Shown here in pieces: positions 1-8,638 of a stretch of DNA of 64,000 nt. The DNA lies in the sequence record MK524178.1, one strand, 5' to 3'. Each line of letters starts with the position of its first letter. Positions within the stretch are counted from its first letter, which is position 1. Position numbers and translations under genes: made by a program. The notes beneath the pieces are model-generated. The model did not search any database. It was not told the DNA's origin and was given only the letters and a program-made list of their open reading frames with translations. Source of the DNA: Escherichia phage PHB12.

Positions 1-1009
1 ATGTGTCAGTGAATTCTAATACAGCTTTTGTGTAAAGCGCAACTACTTCTTTCTTAGGAGTAGAGGAATCAATTTCTACACGCACAGTATCTGGGTCGTA
101 TTCAAATGTCGCATGAGGATAATCCTTAAAAACTAACTGGATTACAGGGACACCTTTAGAGATGGCTTCAATAGAACTATTCTCTACCGTACCTGTGTTA
201 GGACACGTATTAATAAGTGCTTTAGCTGTTTTAAGACGTTCCATGATTTCACTGTGTGGAGCATCAATAATAACAGGATATTTAGCTGGTGGTGCCCATT
301 TGCTTGGACAGTATCCTACACCATTTTCGCCTAGTGCTTTAATCGCTTCAAGAGCAACATCAGTACGACGCATTTTAGTGTCATAACGTTGTGCACTAAT
401 AATCAGATCAGTCGCCGGAAGAACTTCAGGTTTCTCATTCAAACAAATAACCGGATAATCTTCGGCTTCAAACAACGGATTTGCTCGCCAATAATCATAA
501 TCAATTTTGTCAGTCAGACCTGAAGTCATATAACAATATTTGCGTTCAAATTCACGGAAGGCTTTAGTAGGAGCATAACTCTTACCACCATTCTTATGAA
601 TTTGAATAGTCTGGTCCCAAATTTGAACAATGCCACGAGATACAGGTTCAAATGGTGTTGCCATAAAATTCTTATGAACTTTAGAGAGACCTGCGTCTTT
701 AATTGCCTGAACGGTTAGTTTAGTCGGTTCCATAGTAACAACAAAATCGTATTCATGGATGCCGGCTAGTTCAACAATCTTACGAGCCATAGTATAACTC
801 ATACCTAGACTGAATTTAGTCAGATGACCAACAGGATGGTGTGTAACTTTCCAGTCACCAAACGTGTCATTATCAAAACCGATATAATCAATATCAGCAC
901 CAATAGAAACTAAATATTTCAACACATTTAAATGTACTGCTTCAAGGCCACCTTGTACACGGTCAGGATTAAATGGGACTGCACGAGATGGGATAAACAT
1001 AACTTTCAT
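1..1009 (-). CDS. GT-B fold glycosyltransferase, N-terminal ~336 aa (C-terminus lies beyond window edge); candidate DNA sugar transferase
   Basis: Minus-strand translation from ATG at 1009..1007 gives MKVMFIPSRAVPFNPDRVQGGLEAVHLNVLKYLVSIGADIDYIGFD..., open to position 1; absent from ORF track because its stop is outside the window. N-terminus resembles GT1/GT4 and T4 alpha-glucosyltransferase (hydrophobic strand, then GG-x-E). Confidence 0.5.
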   Translation of the reverse strand, partial: MKVMFIPSRAVPFNPDRVQGGLEAVHLNVLKYLVSIGADIDYIGFDNDTFGDWKVTHHPVGHLTKFSLGMSYTMARKIVELAGIHEYDFVVTMEPTKLTVQAIKDAGLSKVHKNFMATPFEPVSRGIVQIWDQTIQIHKNGGKSYAPTKAFREFERKYCYMTSGLTDKIDYDYWRANPLFEAEDYPVICLNEKPEVLPATDLIISAQRYDTKMRRTDVALEAIKALGENGVGYCPSKWAPPAKYPVIIDAPHSEIMERLKTAKALINTCPNTGTVENSSIEAISKGVPVIQLVFKDYPHATFEYDPDTVRVEIDSSTPKKEVVALYTKAVLEFTDT

Positions 1010-1034
1010 AATTAAGCCTTATTAAATTAAAATG

Positions 1035-1052
1035 AAGCTCCCGAAGGAGCTT
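1035..1052 (-). terminator. hairpin terminator after gene 39 (UUCG loop)
   Basis: AAGCTCC-cgaa-GGAGCTT on plus; U-rich tract follows on minus strand. Confidence 0.5.
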
Positions 1053-2868
1053 AGGACATCCATTCTTTACGAAGTTCTGAATCATCACCCAACAACATTT
1101 CAAAGAGTTCTTTCCAATTTTCAGGAAGTTTAACTACGTCGTACACAGGGTTTTGAATCATTTCACGATATTCTGACTTTTCAAGGGAGCCCAATCCCTT
1201 GATGTATCGAATACTATGCTTAGGCAGTGTATCTTTAGCTTCTTCATACTCAGCTACAGTATAAAACCATTTTTGAGTTTTGCCAATTTGTGCAATAATT
1301 ACAGGCGTTTTAACAAAGCGAATACGTCCTTGTTCAAACAATTCAGGCCAATTACTAAAGAAAGCAAGCAAAGCCGGATAAATACTTCCAAGACCGTCAT
1401 GATCGGCATCGGTCATAATTGCAATATTACGATAGTTCGTATTCTCTGCCTTTTCACCAAGAATAAGACCTGTGATAGCACAGATATCAAAGAGCTCTTT
1501 GTTCTTCATCATATCAGCATATGACATACCCCAGCTATTCATTACCTTACCACGTAATGGGAACCCGCCGTGTAGTTCACGGTCACGAACATCAATGAGA
1601 TAACCAATTGCCGAATCACCTTCTGTTAAAAACAATGTCGTATCTGCATCTTTACCACATTGGTTAGCTTTAATATGCTTATGAACCTTAGCTTTAGTTG
1701 CCTTTTTAGCTGCTTTAGTTTCTGCAGCCTTTTCTGCTGCCAATTTACGAGCTAATGCTGCTTCAACAATAGGCATAATCAAGGCTTCGTTTTTAAGAAG
1801 TGCCTGAGCAATTTTCTTAGTATCTAATTGGATATGATTACGAATATCACCATACGTTGACGTTAAACGTTCTTTAGTCTGAGAATCAAAACGCATGTTG
1901 CTCATGTCTCTAATAAACATCAACATTGTGAGACATTCTTTAACACGAGCTTTAGTGACTTCAATACCCTTATATTTCTTTTTAATACCAGGCAAAAGAT
2001 GTTCGCAGATATCATCCATTACACATTCAACGTGATGACCGCCATTTTTAGTATGGATGTTATTCACATAAGTTAAATGTCGGAAGCCATCTGGTGATGT
2101 TGTGAATGCTATAGAGACTTTATCATTTTCTTGAATGATGTTATCTTCGCCAAATTGTTTAGCAAATCGTTTAAAATTACCATCAACCTTTTTACCATTA
2201 AATGTGAACTTGATATCAGGATAAACGACTGCCAATGTTTGAAGTCGGTCTAAAGTAATATCTAAATAAATTTGAGATAAATTATGCTCTTCAAATGAAG
2301 AGAAATCAGGAGTGAAGATTACTTTAGTGCCTTTACCTTTAGATTTCTTAGAAGACCATGATTTGTTTTCCATTCCGTTTGAACAGTTAACAGTGATTTC
2401 ATTTTCGCCATCTGACGTGATGCCTGTAAACAACGTAGAGAAGATATTAGTTAAACTACTCCCGACGCCGTTCATACCACCAGTCTTACGTTCAGAGTCA
2501 TCGCCAAAGTTACCACCAGCCTTTGGAATAGTCCAGGCTGCTACAGGCCCAGGAATTTGTTCACCTGTTTGGTCGGTAACTAAACCTTGAGGAATACCAC
2601 GCCCGTTATCTTCCACCGAAACTTGATTATTTTTAATTTGCACATCAATTTTATTTGCAAACTTAAATGATGTACGAATAGCTTCATCAACCGAGTTGTC
2701 AATAATCTCATCGATTAATTTAACCAGACCAGGAACATATTCAACTTGTTGATATTTACCAAACAAAAAACGCTCGTGGGCTTCTTTGGCCGAAGAACCA
2801 ATATACATGCCACTACGTTTCTTAATATGTTCTACATCTGACAATACCTTAATTTCATTTTTAATCAT
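1051..2868 (-). CDS. 39: DNA topoisomerase II large (ATPase) subunit, fused 39+60 form
   Basis: 605 aa; N-terminus MIKNEIKVLSDVEHIKKRSGMYIGS and GHKL motif DNGRGIP match T4 gp39; length implies the region that is separate gene 60 in T4 is fused in. Confidence 0.9.
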   Translation of the reverse strand: MIKNEIKVLSDVEHIKKRSGMYIGSSAKEAHERFLFGKYQQVEYVPGLVKLIDEIIDNSVDEAIRTSFKFANKIDVQIKNNQVSVEDNGRGIPQGLVTDQTGEQIPGPVAAWTIPKAGGNFGDDSERKTGGMNGVGSSLTNIFSTLFTGITSDGENEITVNCSNGMENKSWSSKKSKGKGTKVIFTPDFSSFEEHNLSQIYLDITLDRLQTLAVVYPDIKFTFNGKKVDGNFKRFAKQFGEDNIIQENDKVSIAFTTSPDGFRHLTYVNNIHTKNGGHHVECVMDDICEHLLPGIKKKYKGIEVTKARVKECLTMLMFIRDMSNMRFDSQTKERLTSTYGDIRNHIQLDTKKIAQALLKNEALIMPIVEAALARKLAAEKAAETKAAKKATKAKVHKHIKANQCGKDADTTLFLTEGDSAIGYLIDVRDRELHGGFPLRGKVMNSWGMSYADMMKNKELFDICAITGLILGEKAENTNYRNIAIMTDADHDGLGSIYPALLAFFSNWPELFEQGRIRFVKTPVIIAQIGKTQKWFYTVAEYEEAKDTLPKHSIRYIKGLGSLEKSEYREMIQNPVYDVVKLPENWKELFEMLLGDDSELRKEWMS

Positions 2869-2914
2869 GTTGTCTCCTCGTTATGAAGGTATTCTATCAT
2901 CCGAAATCTAAAGC

Positions 2915-2933
2915 AAAAAGGGCCGAAGCCCTT
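2915..2933 (-). terminator. hairpin terminator (GGGC-UUCG-GCCC + U-run)
   Basis: aaaaaGGGCcgaaGCCCtt on plus; sits between 2932..3357 and gene 39. Confidence 0.5.
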
Positions 2934-3357
2934 ATTTAAATTTAATTTTCTGAAGTGCATCAATTGCAGCCAAACGCCCTTGTTCACTTTTAACTGTAAT
3001 GACCACATCACCTGATACGATCACCGAACCATCAACAAATTCTACAGAGCCTTTTTTGAAATCGACAGATGTATCTGGTTCCGGAACTTCTTCAAAGAAT
3101 TTAAATTCTGCACCATAAAGCAGAATATCACCTTGCATACTATGAATAGTTCGGCCATAATCGCCTACGGCTTCTACGGCAATAACCGAAACGCCGTAAC
3201 CAATCATCTCTTCCACAATAAAATCTTTGGACAATAAAGTAGTATGCAGATTAGTATTAAGACGTTTACCAGTCGTATTAAGAATTCTCAAGAAATTATC
3301 TTCCTGTCCTTTGATAATACGATATTTCTTACCAACTTCAAAACCTTTAAAAGCCAT
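2932..3357 (-). CDS. hypothetical protein (39.1 position)
   Basis: 141-aa ORF directly upstream of gene 39, co-directional; no recognisable motif. Confidence 0.4.
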   Translation of the reverse strand: MAFKGFEVGKKYRIIKGQEDNFLRILNTTGKRLNTNLHTTLLSKDFIVEEMIGYGVSVIAVEAVGDYGRTIHSMQGDILLYGAEFKFFEEVPEPDTSVDFKKGSVEFVDGSVIVSGDVVITVKSEQGRLAAIDALQKIKFK

Positions 3358-3359
3358 AA

Positions 3360-3539
3360 TTAACCCTTCTTAAGTAAGTCGTAAAAACCACCGTTCACAT
3401 GTTTAGGAGCAGAAACCCGACGAGTAGACAGACGATGACATTCAGGGCAAACATCGTTTTCTCGTTCAGAAATTCTTTTAATTTTTTCATATTCATGGCC
3501 ACAATCTTCAGATTGACATTTATAGTCGTATAACGGCAT
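3360..3539 (-). CDS. small zinc-ribbon protein, FmdB-like (59 aa)
   Basis: Not in ORF track (<60 aa). MPLYDYKCQSEDCGHEYEKIKRISERENDVCPECHRLSTRRV... has two CxxC pairs and the MP-x-Y-x-Y-x-C start typical of FmdB zinc ribbons. Confidence 0.4.
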   Translation of the reverse strand: MPLYDYKCQSEDCGHEYEKIKRISERENDVCPECHRLSTRRVSAPKHVNGGFYDLLKKG

Positions 3540-3541
3540 TA

Positions 3542-3970
3542 TTATTCCTTAAAATGTGCTTTCAACATTTGATACAAAGACCATGCCTGGTCGTTATTTT
3601 CGATAGTAATCGTCATCACCGGAAATTCAGACAATTCGCCAAGTTCACCAGAATCTTGCTCTTCGGACGCTTGATATGGATTTCCCACTTCATCAAAAAA
3701 CTCTGCTTCACTAGTAGAGAGCCAGATAAAGTTTTCATCAAGGATATCACCGCCTGTTGCGTATCCAACCGTGCCAGTAGATGTCACAATTTTAGTAGGA
3801 CGACCAAGATGGTCAACATCTAATACTTTAAATGGTTCCATGCCAAGACGTCGTGCATAAATCCCATTATCAGTGTGGTTTTTAATAAACTCTTTTTGGG
3901 TACGTTTATCTTTAAATTGGTACCATGAGTTAACGCGGAATTTATTAGCCATTAGTAAGTTTCCTTCCAA
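3542..3970 (-). CDS. hypothetical protein
   Basis: 142-aa ORF in the 39-dexA interval; no motif. Confidence 0.45.
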   Translation of the reverse strand: MEGNLLMANKFRVNSWYQFKDKRTQKEFIKNHTDNGIYARRLGMEPFKVLDVDHLGRPTKIVTSTGTVGYATGGDILDENFIWLSTSEAEFFDEVGNPYQASEEQDSGELGELSEFPVMTITIENNDQAWSLYQMLKAHFKE

Positions 3971-4224
3971 TAAGTTGTACCGTTTTCAGTGATTTCACGG
4001 AAGATACCATAGATAGGCATTTCGTCACCGAGTTTTTCGTAAACGTAAACCACTTCGGTGTAGCATAAAAATTCGGTCCAGTTTTTCTGTACAACAACTA
4101 AATCAGGATTAAACAGAACATCTTCAAACTCATCGATGTTTGAATCAGTAGTTACGTTTTTAATGATTTGACGTTTCATAATATTCTCCTCTTGTTTTGA
4201 TAGGTCTATAGTATCATAGACCAT
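3952..4224 (-). CDS. hypothetical protein
   Basis: 90-aa ORF; promoter-like palindrome upstream near 4201-4240. Confidence 0.4.
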   Translation of the reverse strand: MVYDTIDLSKQEENIMKRQIIKNVTTDSNIDEFEDVLFNPDLVVVQKNWTEFLCYTEVVYVYEKLGDEMPIYGIFREITENGTTYWKETY

Positions 4225-4236
4225 AGTTGTTGTACA

Positions 4237-4761
4237 TCATTTTAGCAAAATAAAATCAACTTGTTCTGCCAATGAACGTCTAAACATTAATTGACAACTT
4301 CCGAGGATGAAATCAGGTGCTTCATAGACCGCGATGTAGTATCCTTTAGCTTTCAAGAGTTCAACATCCACCTGGTCATCAAACCATGCATAAACCGCGT
4401 CAACACTTTCAAATCCAAAATAGAACCCTTGGGCCCAATCTTCACTCAATTCAAATGTGTGCTCAATTCTATAGTATCTTAAGATATTTTGTTCAAGGAG
4501 TTTGTCTTCATTTACTGTAGGACGATTAGGGACATTATAGTTGTCACCGTGATGGTAGAAGTTACCTGAGATTATTCCATGTTTATCAAGGAACTCCCAT
4601 GTTTCTTCAGAGTTGTCGGTGCCCGACCAACCGTATGGTGAACGAGGTTCTTTATTCCAAGAGGTTTCCCAAATTCTGACGGCTTTACCGTCTTCGATAG
4701 CAATTCCTGGTAATGATTCACGTTGAGTACAAAAACTACGTTCTACACGATAAACTAACAT
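4237..4761 (-). CDS. hypothetical protein (start moved to internal ATG after GAGGAG)
   Basis: Track ORF 4237..4818 begins upstream of the promoter; MLVYRVERSF at 4761 has RBS GAGGAG. Confidence 0.45.
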   Translation of the reverse strand: MLVYRVERSFCTQRESLPGIAIEDGKAVRIWETSWNKEPRSPYGWSGTDNSEETWEFLDKHGIISGNFYHHGDNYNVPNRPTVNEDKLLEQNILRYYRIEHTFELSEDWAQGFYFGFESVDAVYAWFDDQVDVELLKAKGYYIAVYEAPDFILGSCQLMFRRSLAEQVDFILLK

Positions 4762-4787
4762 ATTATTCTCCTCTGGTTGATATGGGT

Positions 4788-4816
4788 ATAATATCAAAAC
4801 CAGAGGAGAAGTAAAC
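4788..4816 (-). promoter_or_regulatory. early promoter (-35 GTTTAC, 17-bp spacer, -10 TATTAT) nested in 11-bp inverted repeat
   Basis: Minus strand GTTTAC-ttctcctctggttttga-TATTAT; arms 4768-4778 and 4798-4808, downstream arm carries the RBS GAGGAG. Confidence 0.55.
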
Positions 4817-4820
4817 AACT

Positions 4821-5240
4821 TTATGCGAAAGCAGCTGGGGTATATTTTTTAATTTGGAATTCAGGAACTACCATGAACTGACCAGCGAAAACGATGTTAT
4901 AAAGCTTAACACCATCTTCAACCCATTGGTCGCTGATAAATCCGGCGATTTGCTTAGTTTTCCACGGTGTTCCATCAGTTGCCGCAGCAATAGTGAATTC
5001 ATGGTCTTTTTCAACAGAAACTGATCTGCATAGTCCCCATTTGAACGCTTTTTCTTCTGGTTCAATGAATTGGCTTGAGACGTAGCCAATATTACCATTA
5101 GCATCACGAACTTTAACTTGGTTACGACCAAAAACCGGATCACTCACAGAAAGAACTTCAACCAACTTCCCGGCAACTTTAGAGCGAGAAGCAACAGATA
5201 CATATACGTAATCACCTGTAGAGAGATTTACAATATTCAT
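4821..5240 (-). CDS. hypothetical protein, member 1 of tandem paralogue family
   Basis: C-terminal FISDQWVEDGVKLYNIVF shared with the next two genes; N-terminal SVASRSKVAGKLVEV shared with 5250..5705. Confidence 0.5.
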   Translation of the reverse strand: MNIVNLSTGDYVYVSVASRSKVAGKLVEVLSVSDPVFGRNQVKVRDANGNIGYVSSQFIEPEEKAFKWGLCRSVSVEKDHEFTIAAATDGTPWKTKQIAGFISDQWVEDGVKLYNIVFAGQFMVVPEFQIKKYTPAAFA

Positions 5241-5249
5241 AATAATTCC

Positions 5250-5705
5250 TTAAGCTTTACGAGGAGACACATAGCGAGTGATTTCAGATTCTTTAACAAC
5301 TCGGAAGTCACCTAAGAATACGATATTGTATAACTTTTCACCATCTTCAACCCATTGGTCACTAATGAAGCCACACATAGTATCAGTTTTGCTTGGATAA
5401 CCGTATTCATCGATGAAGTCAAATTCTTTATCAGTCTGGAATTCAACGCCTTTGCAAAGGGCCCATTTGAACTGTACATTAGGTTCAGTGGAAGCAAAAT
5501 GAGCGCTCACAGGAGTTTCCAAGAATTTAGGACTTACGTAAGCGTACTGAGTATCCTGACGTCCAAAACTAGGAATGATTCGAACTTTAACTTCTTTAAT
5601 ACGTCCCATGCCATTTGTGCGAAGTCCGATAACTTCAACCAGACGACCTGCGGCTTTAGACCGGGATGCAATTGATACACGCTTAATTTCACCAATAGTA
5701 ATCAT
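5250..5705 (-). CDS. hypothetical protein, member 2 of tandem paralogue family
   Basis: GFISDQWVEDGEKLYNIVF and SIASRSKAAGRLVEV motifs. Confidence 0.5.
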   Translation of the reverse strand: MITIGEIKRVSIASRSKAAGRLVEVIGLRTNGMGRIKEVKVRIIPSFGRQDTQYAYVSPKFLETPVSAHFASTEPNVQFKWALCKGVEFQTDKEFDFIDEYGYPSKTDTMCGFISDQWVEDGEKLYNIVFLGDFRVVKESEITRYVSPRKA

Positions 5706-5734
5706 AATTTCTCTCTCTTTGTTAAATTGAATTC

Positions 5735-5764
5735 ACTATACTCCATCCGTCCTTGGATGTACAA
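5735..5764 (-). promoter_or_regulatory. early promoter-like (TTGTAC / TATAGT)
   Basis: Minus strand TTGTACAtccaaggacggatggagTATAGT upstream of 5250..5705. Confidence 0.4.
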
Positions 5765-5766
5765 CA

Positions 5767-6261
5767 TTAATTAAGGATATTAACCACAGCACTACGTGGA
5801 ACTACACTAAAATCACTTGAGTGAACAACGTTCAGAAGTTCAACACCGTCTTCAATCCATTGGTCAGTTACCCATCCATTTACTGGACCAGCGAATGGGC
5901 GTCGAATTGAAACATATTTACACAATAAATCAGTAGGCTCAATAGGCTTAATCAGAGTACCGTACATACAAGCGATATCCATATCAATACAGATGTCTTT
6001 AACGGGTTCTACTTCTTCAATCAACAGTTCAAAGTCGGTGCTTGGGATGGCAGTAGTAGAAATTGTACCGTATGAATTTTTAATTTCTAAGAATAACCAA
6101 GGGCCTTCAGCTTGTTTAATGAAGTTAACAATAGTGAAACTATTACCTTGAGTGGCACCTAAAATTTCACAAAACTTTTCATAAGCTCGCACTGAAGCAC
6201 CGTACCAGTTGATTTGTTTTTCGTCTTTCAGGATGTAAGTAGCCGTAGTATTGATATTCAT
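5767..6261 (-). CDS. hypothetical protein, member 3 of tandem paralogue family
   Basis: C-terminal GWVTDQWIEDGVELLNVV motif; own early promoter upstream. Confidence 0.5.
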   Translation of the reverse strand: MNINTTATYILKDEKQINWYGASVRAYEKFCEILGATQGNSFTIVNFIKQAEGPWLFLEIKNSYGTISTTAIPSTDFELLIEEVEPVKDICIDMDIACMYGTLIKPIEPTDLLCKYVSIRRPFAGPVNGWVTDQWIEDGVELLNVVHSSDFSVVPRSAVVNILN

Positions 6262-6292
6262 AATGTTTTTCCTGTTTGGTTAAGATAGAAAG

Positions 6293-6322
6293 ATTATACT
6301 CCAACCATCCTTGGTTGTAAAC
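6293..6322 (-). promoter_or_regulatory. early promoter (GTTTAC / TATAAT)
   Basis: GTTTACAACCAAGGATGGTTGGAGTATAAT; near-identical copies at 46653-46682 and 47643-47671. Confidence 0.55.
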
Positions 6323-6327
6323 TGGTT

Positions 6328-7005
6328 TTATCGCTGTTTTACACTTAACGGGTCAGGATTCTCAGGGACATCTTCAAGGCCAAGCGCATAACGCTGAGCA
6401 TATTTTAACATCAAAATATCTTTAGCACAATCATGAATACTATCATGGGCAACGAATCCTTTTAACGTACCCATCGGTAATGGACACATACTTAATCCTC
6501 GTGTCAACGAGTAAGCTTCGATTGCCGTACGAATATCGCGTTGAGCCCAGAATTTAACTGGTTCTAAGTTATCAGTATCGATCTCTGGTTCAAGAACACC
6601 TTCATCACGATAGAGGTCACGAATCAAATCGACCAAGATCGGGAAGTCAAAGCTCATACCACGGCACCACATCTGTGATTTCCATTGGTCGACTTTATTA
6701 GCTCGGCAATAGTCTAAAAAGATTTTAATACCTTCAAGCGTAGTGACATCGTCTTCAGACGGAGCCAAGTTTTTACGTGCTTCAGCCGATTGTTCTTTCC
6801 ACCATTTCATAGTGGATTTAGCGAAAACTCGCTTCCCTTTCTGAGAAGCTAAATTAAATTTAATTCGCTTACCTCGTTGAACAAGTTCTTCAAATGATTC
6901 AACAACTTCAGGGTCGGAATTATATGCAATAACCGCAAGGTCAATAACAGCCGCTTTTGATGTATTGCCGAATGTTTCAAAATCTATAATAACATCAGTG
7001 CTCAT
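6328..7005 (-). CDS. dexA: exonuclease A (DEDDh 3'-5' exonuclease)
   Basis: 225 aa; DFETFG (Exo I) and HDSIHDCAKD (Exo III) motifs; sits immediately before dda as in T4. Confidence 0.75.
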   Translation of the reverse strand: MSTDVIIDFETFGNTSKAAVIDLAVIAYNSDPEVVESFEELVQRGKRIKFNLASQKGKRVFAKSTMKWWKEQSAEARKNLAPSEDDVTTLEGIKIFLDYCRANKVDQWKSQMWCRGMSFDFPILVDLIRDLYRDEGVLEPEIDTDNLEPVKFWAQRDIRTAIEAYSLTRGLSMCPLPMGTLKGFVAHDSIHDCAKDILMLKYAQRYALGLEDVPENPDPLSVKQR

Positions 7006-7014
7006 AATTTTCTC

Positions 7015-8328
7015 TCAAATAAAATGGACGTCAAAACGACCACGAGTTGTACCGACATACAATAACTGTTTAGCTAATTCTGAATCGGCATAATGGATAC
7101 ACGGTGTATAAACAAAGGCCGTGTCAACAGACATACCCTGGGCCTTATGGAAGGTTGATACTGGTAGTGCCTTCACCTTAGTGAACATACGTTTAGCATC
7201 CCAGAATTCGCTCCATGGAGCTTTACCACCTTTATTCCAAAATTTGTATGTTTCTGCGGTCTTAGCCAAAAACAAATTGAATTTATAAAGCTCTTCTTCA
7301 GAAGAAATAACCTTTATATCTTCGCGGATGTATTCTTCATCATCCCCATATGTTTCTACTGTAAGATTCCAGTATCGTATCATATATTCGCCTGAAACAC
7401 CACGTGCTTTAACGAATGTAGACGTTTCTACAGCATCTCGAATACGAACGAATTGGCCGTTATTGAAAAGCATTTCGGTCATATTTTTACCATCTAGCTT
7501 ATATGTCTTAGTAAATGGCTCTTGTAGAACAATGACTTCGTCTTTAATAAATGGTTTTTCTGTTTCAAGAAGTTTTCGTCGAATAATTGAATTTAACTTG
7601 TCCACTGACTTATTTGTGAATGCCATCATTCGATTTTCGAAAAGGTCTTCAGGAGTTTTAACGACGTTAAAATAGTTCATCATATACGATTTAAGGTCTG
7701 TATATCCGTGAACACCGTGCCCATCAACTACTTTATCGTAAATCCATTTGCCATTACGAATATCAGTCGCAACATCAATAATTGGTGCATTGCTACGTTT
7801 AACTTCTGTAAGGTTGCATTGCACGAAGTCTTTGTGAGTGAAGAAAGGACTTAGATACGCAGTTGATTCGCCTGGGTCTACCGGACGAATCTGGCATCGG
7901 TCACCGATTCCAATTACTGTACACCATTTAGGGATACTAGCTAACATTATTTTAAACAGAGAACGGTCGCACATTGACGCTTCATCAAATAACAGTACAC
8001 GGCACAAGGCTAAGTCGGGGACCTTTTTCTGTTCAAACAATACGTTTTCTTCGTATGTAGTTGGGTTGATTTTAAGAATGCTATGAATAGTCGATGCTTC
8101 TTGACCAGCAAGTTTGCTTAGAACCTTTTTAGCAGCATGTGTAGGGGCTGCTAAAATAATACCTGATTCTCCAGAAGAAATAAGGGCTTCAACGATGAAT
8201 CTAGTAAGGGTTGTTTTACCTGTACCAGCAGGCCCATTAATAGTTACGTGATGTTTCTTTTCTTTAATAGCGTTCATAACAACGTTGAAGGCGTTTTTCT
8301 GGCCTTCAGTCAAATCATCAAATGTCAT
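7015..8328 (-). CDS. dda: Dda DNA helicase (SF1)
   Basis: 437 aa; Walker A GPAGTGKTT, Walker B LLFDEASM, T4 Dda-like N-terminus. Confidence 0.85.
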   Translation of the reverse strand: MTFDDLTEGQKNAFNVVMNAIKEKKHHVTINGPAGTGKTTLTRFIVEALISSGESGIILAAPTHAAKKVLSKLAGQEASTIHSILKINPTTYEENVLFEQKKVPDLALCRVLLFDEASMCDRSLFKIMLASIPKWCTVIGIGDRCQIRPVDPGESTAYLSPFFTHKDFVQCNLTEVKRSNAPIIDVATDIRNGKWIYDKVVDGHGVHGYTDLKSYMMNYFNVVKTPEDLFENRMMAFTNKSVDKLNSIIRRKLLETEKPFIKDEVIVLQEPFTKTYKLDGKNMTEMLFNNGQFVRIRDAVETSTFVKARGVSGEYMIRYWNLTVETYGDDEEYIREDIKVISSEEELYKFNLFLAKTAETYKFWNKGGKAPWSEFWDAKRMFTKVKALPVSTFHKAQGMSVDTAFVYTPCIHYADSELAKQLLYVGTTRGRFDVHFI

Positions 8329-8636
8329 CGTAAAGTCCCTGCAATTGGAATACTAACAATACGGCCTGTATCCAGGATTCGTTGATACAATTTTTGCGTC
8401 TCCGCATCTAGTTTAATGTGTTTCATTTCAAGCTTATTAAACCAGAACTTACGCGGAGTTTCGACCATTCTTAGAACTCCCATTTTTAAATCTGTTTTAT
8501 ATTGGGTTTTCAAAGTATCGAAAACTTTATCTGCAATATCCTTTCTAAAAAATACTGCAGGACGATGCTCATCAAGTGGAACCGGGACAGTAAATCCTTC
8601 CATATCTCGATAAACTATTGCATATACATAAACCAT
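8325..8636 (-). CDS. hypothetical protein (dda.1 position)
   Basis: 103-aa ORF overlapping dda start by 4 nt. Confidence 0.4.
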   Translation of the reverse strand: MVYVYAIVYRDMEGFTVPVPLDEHRPAVFFRKDIADKVFDTLKTQYKTDLKMGVLRMVETPRKFWFNKLEMKHIKLDAETQKLYQRILDTGRIVSIPIAGTLR

Positions 8637-8638
8637 AA

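Noticed and set aside
1051-2868. Gene 60-type 50-nt translational bypass element
   Set aside because: The 39/60 region is a single uninterrupted frame; no take-off/landing arrangement is needed or visible.
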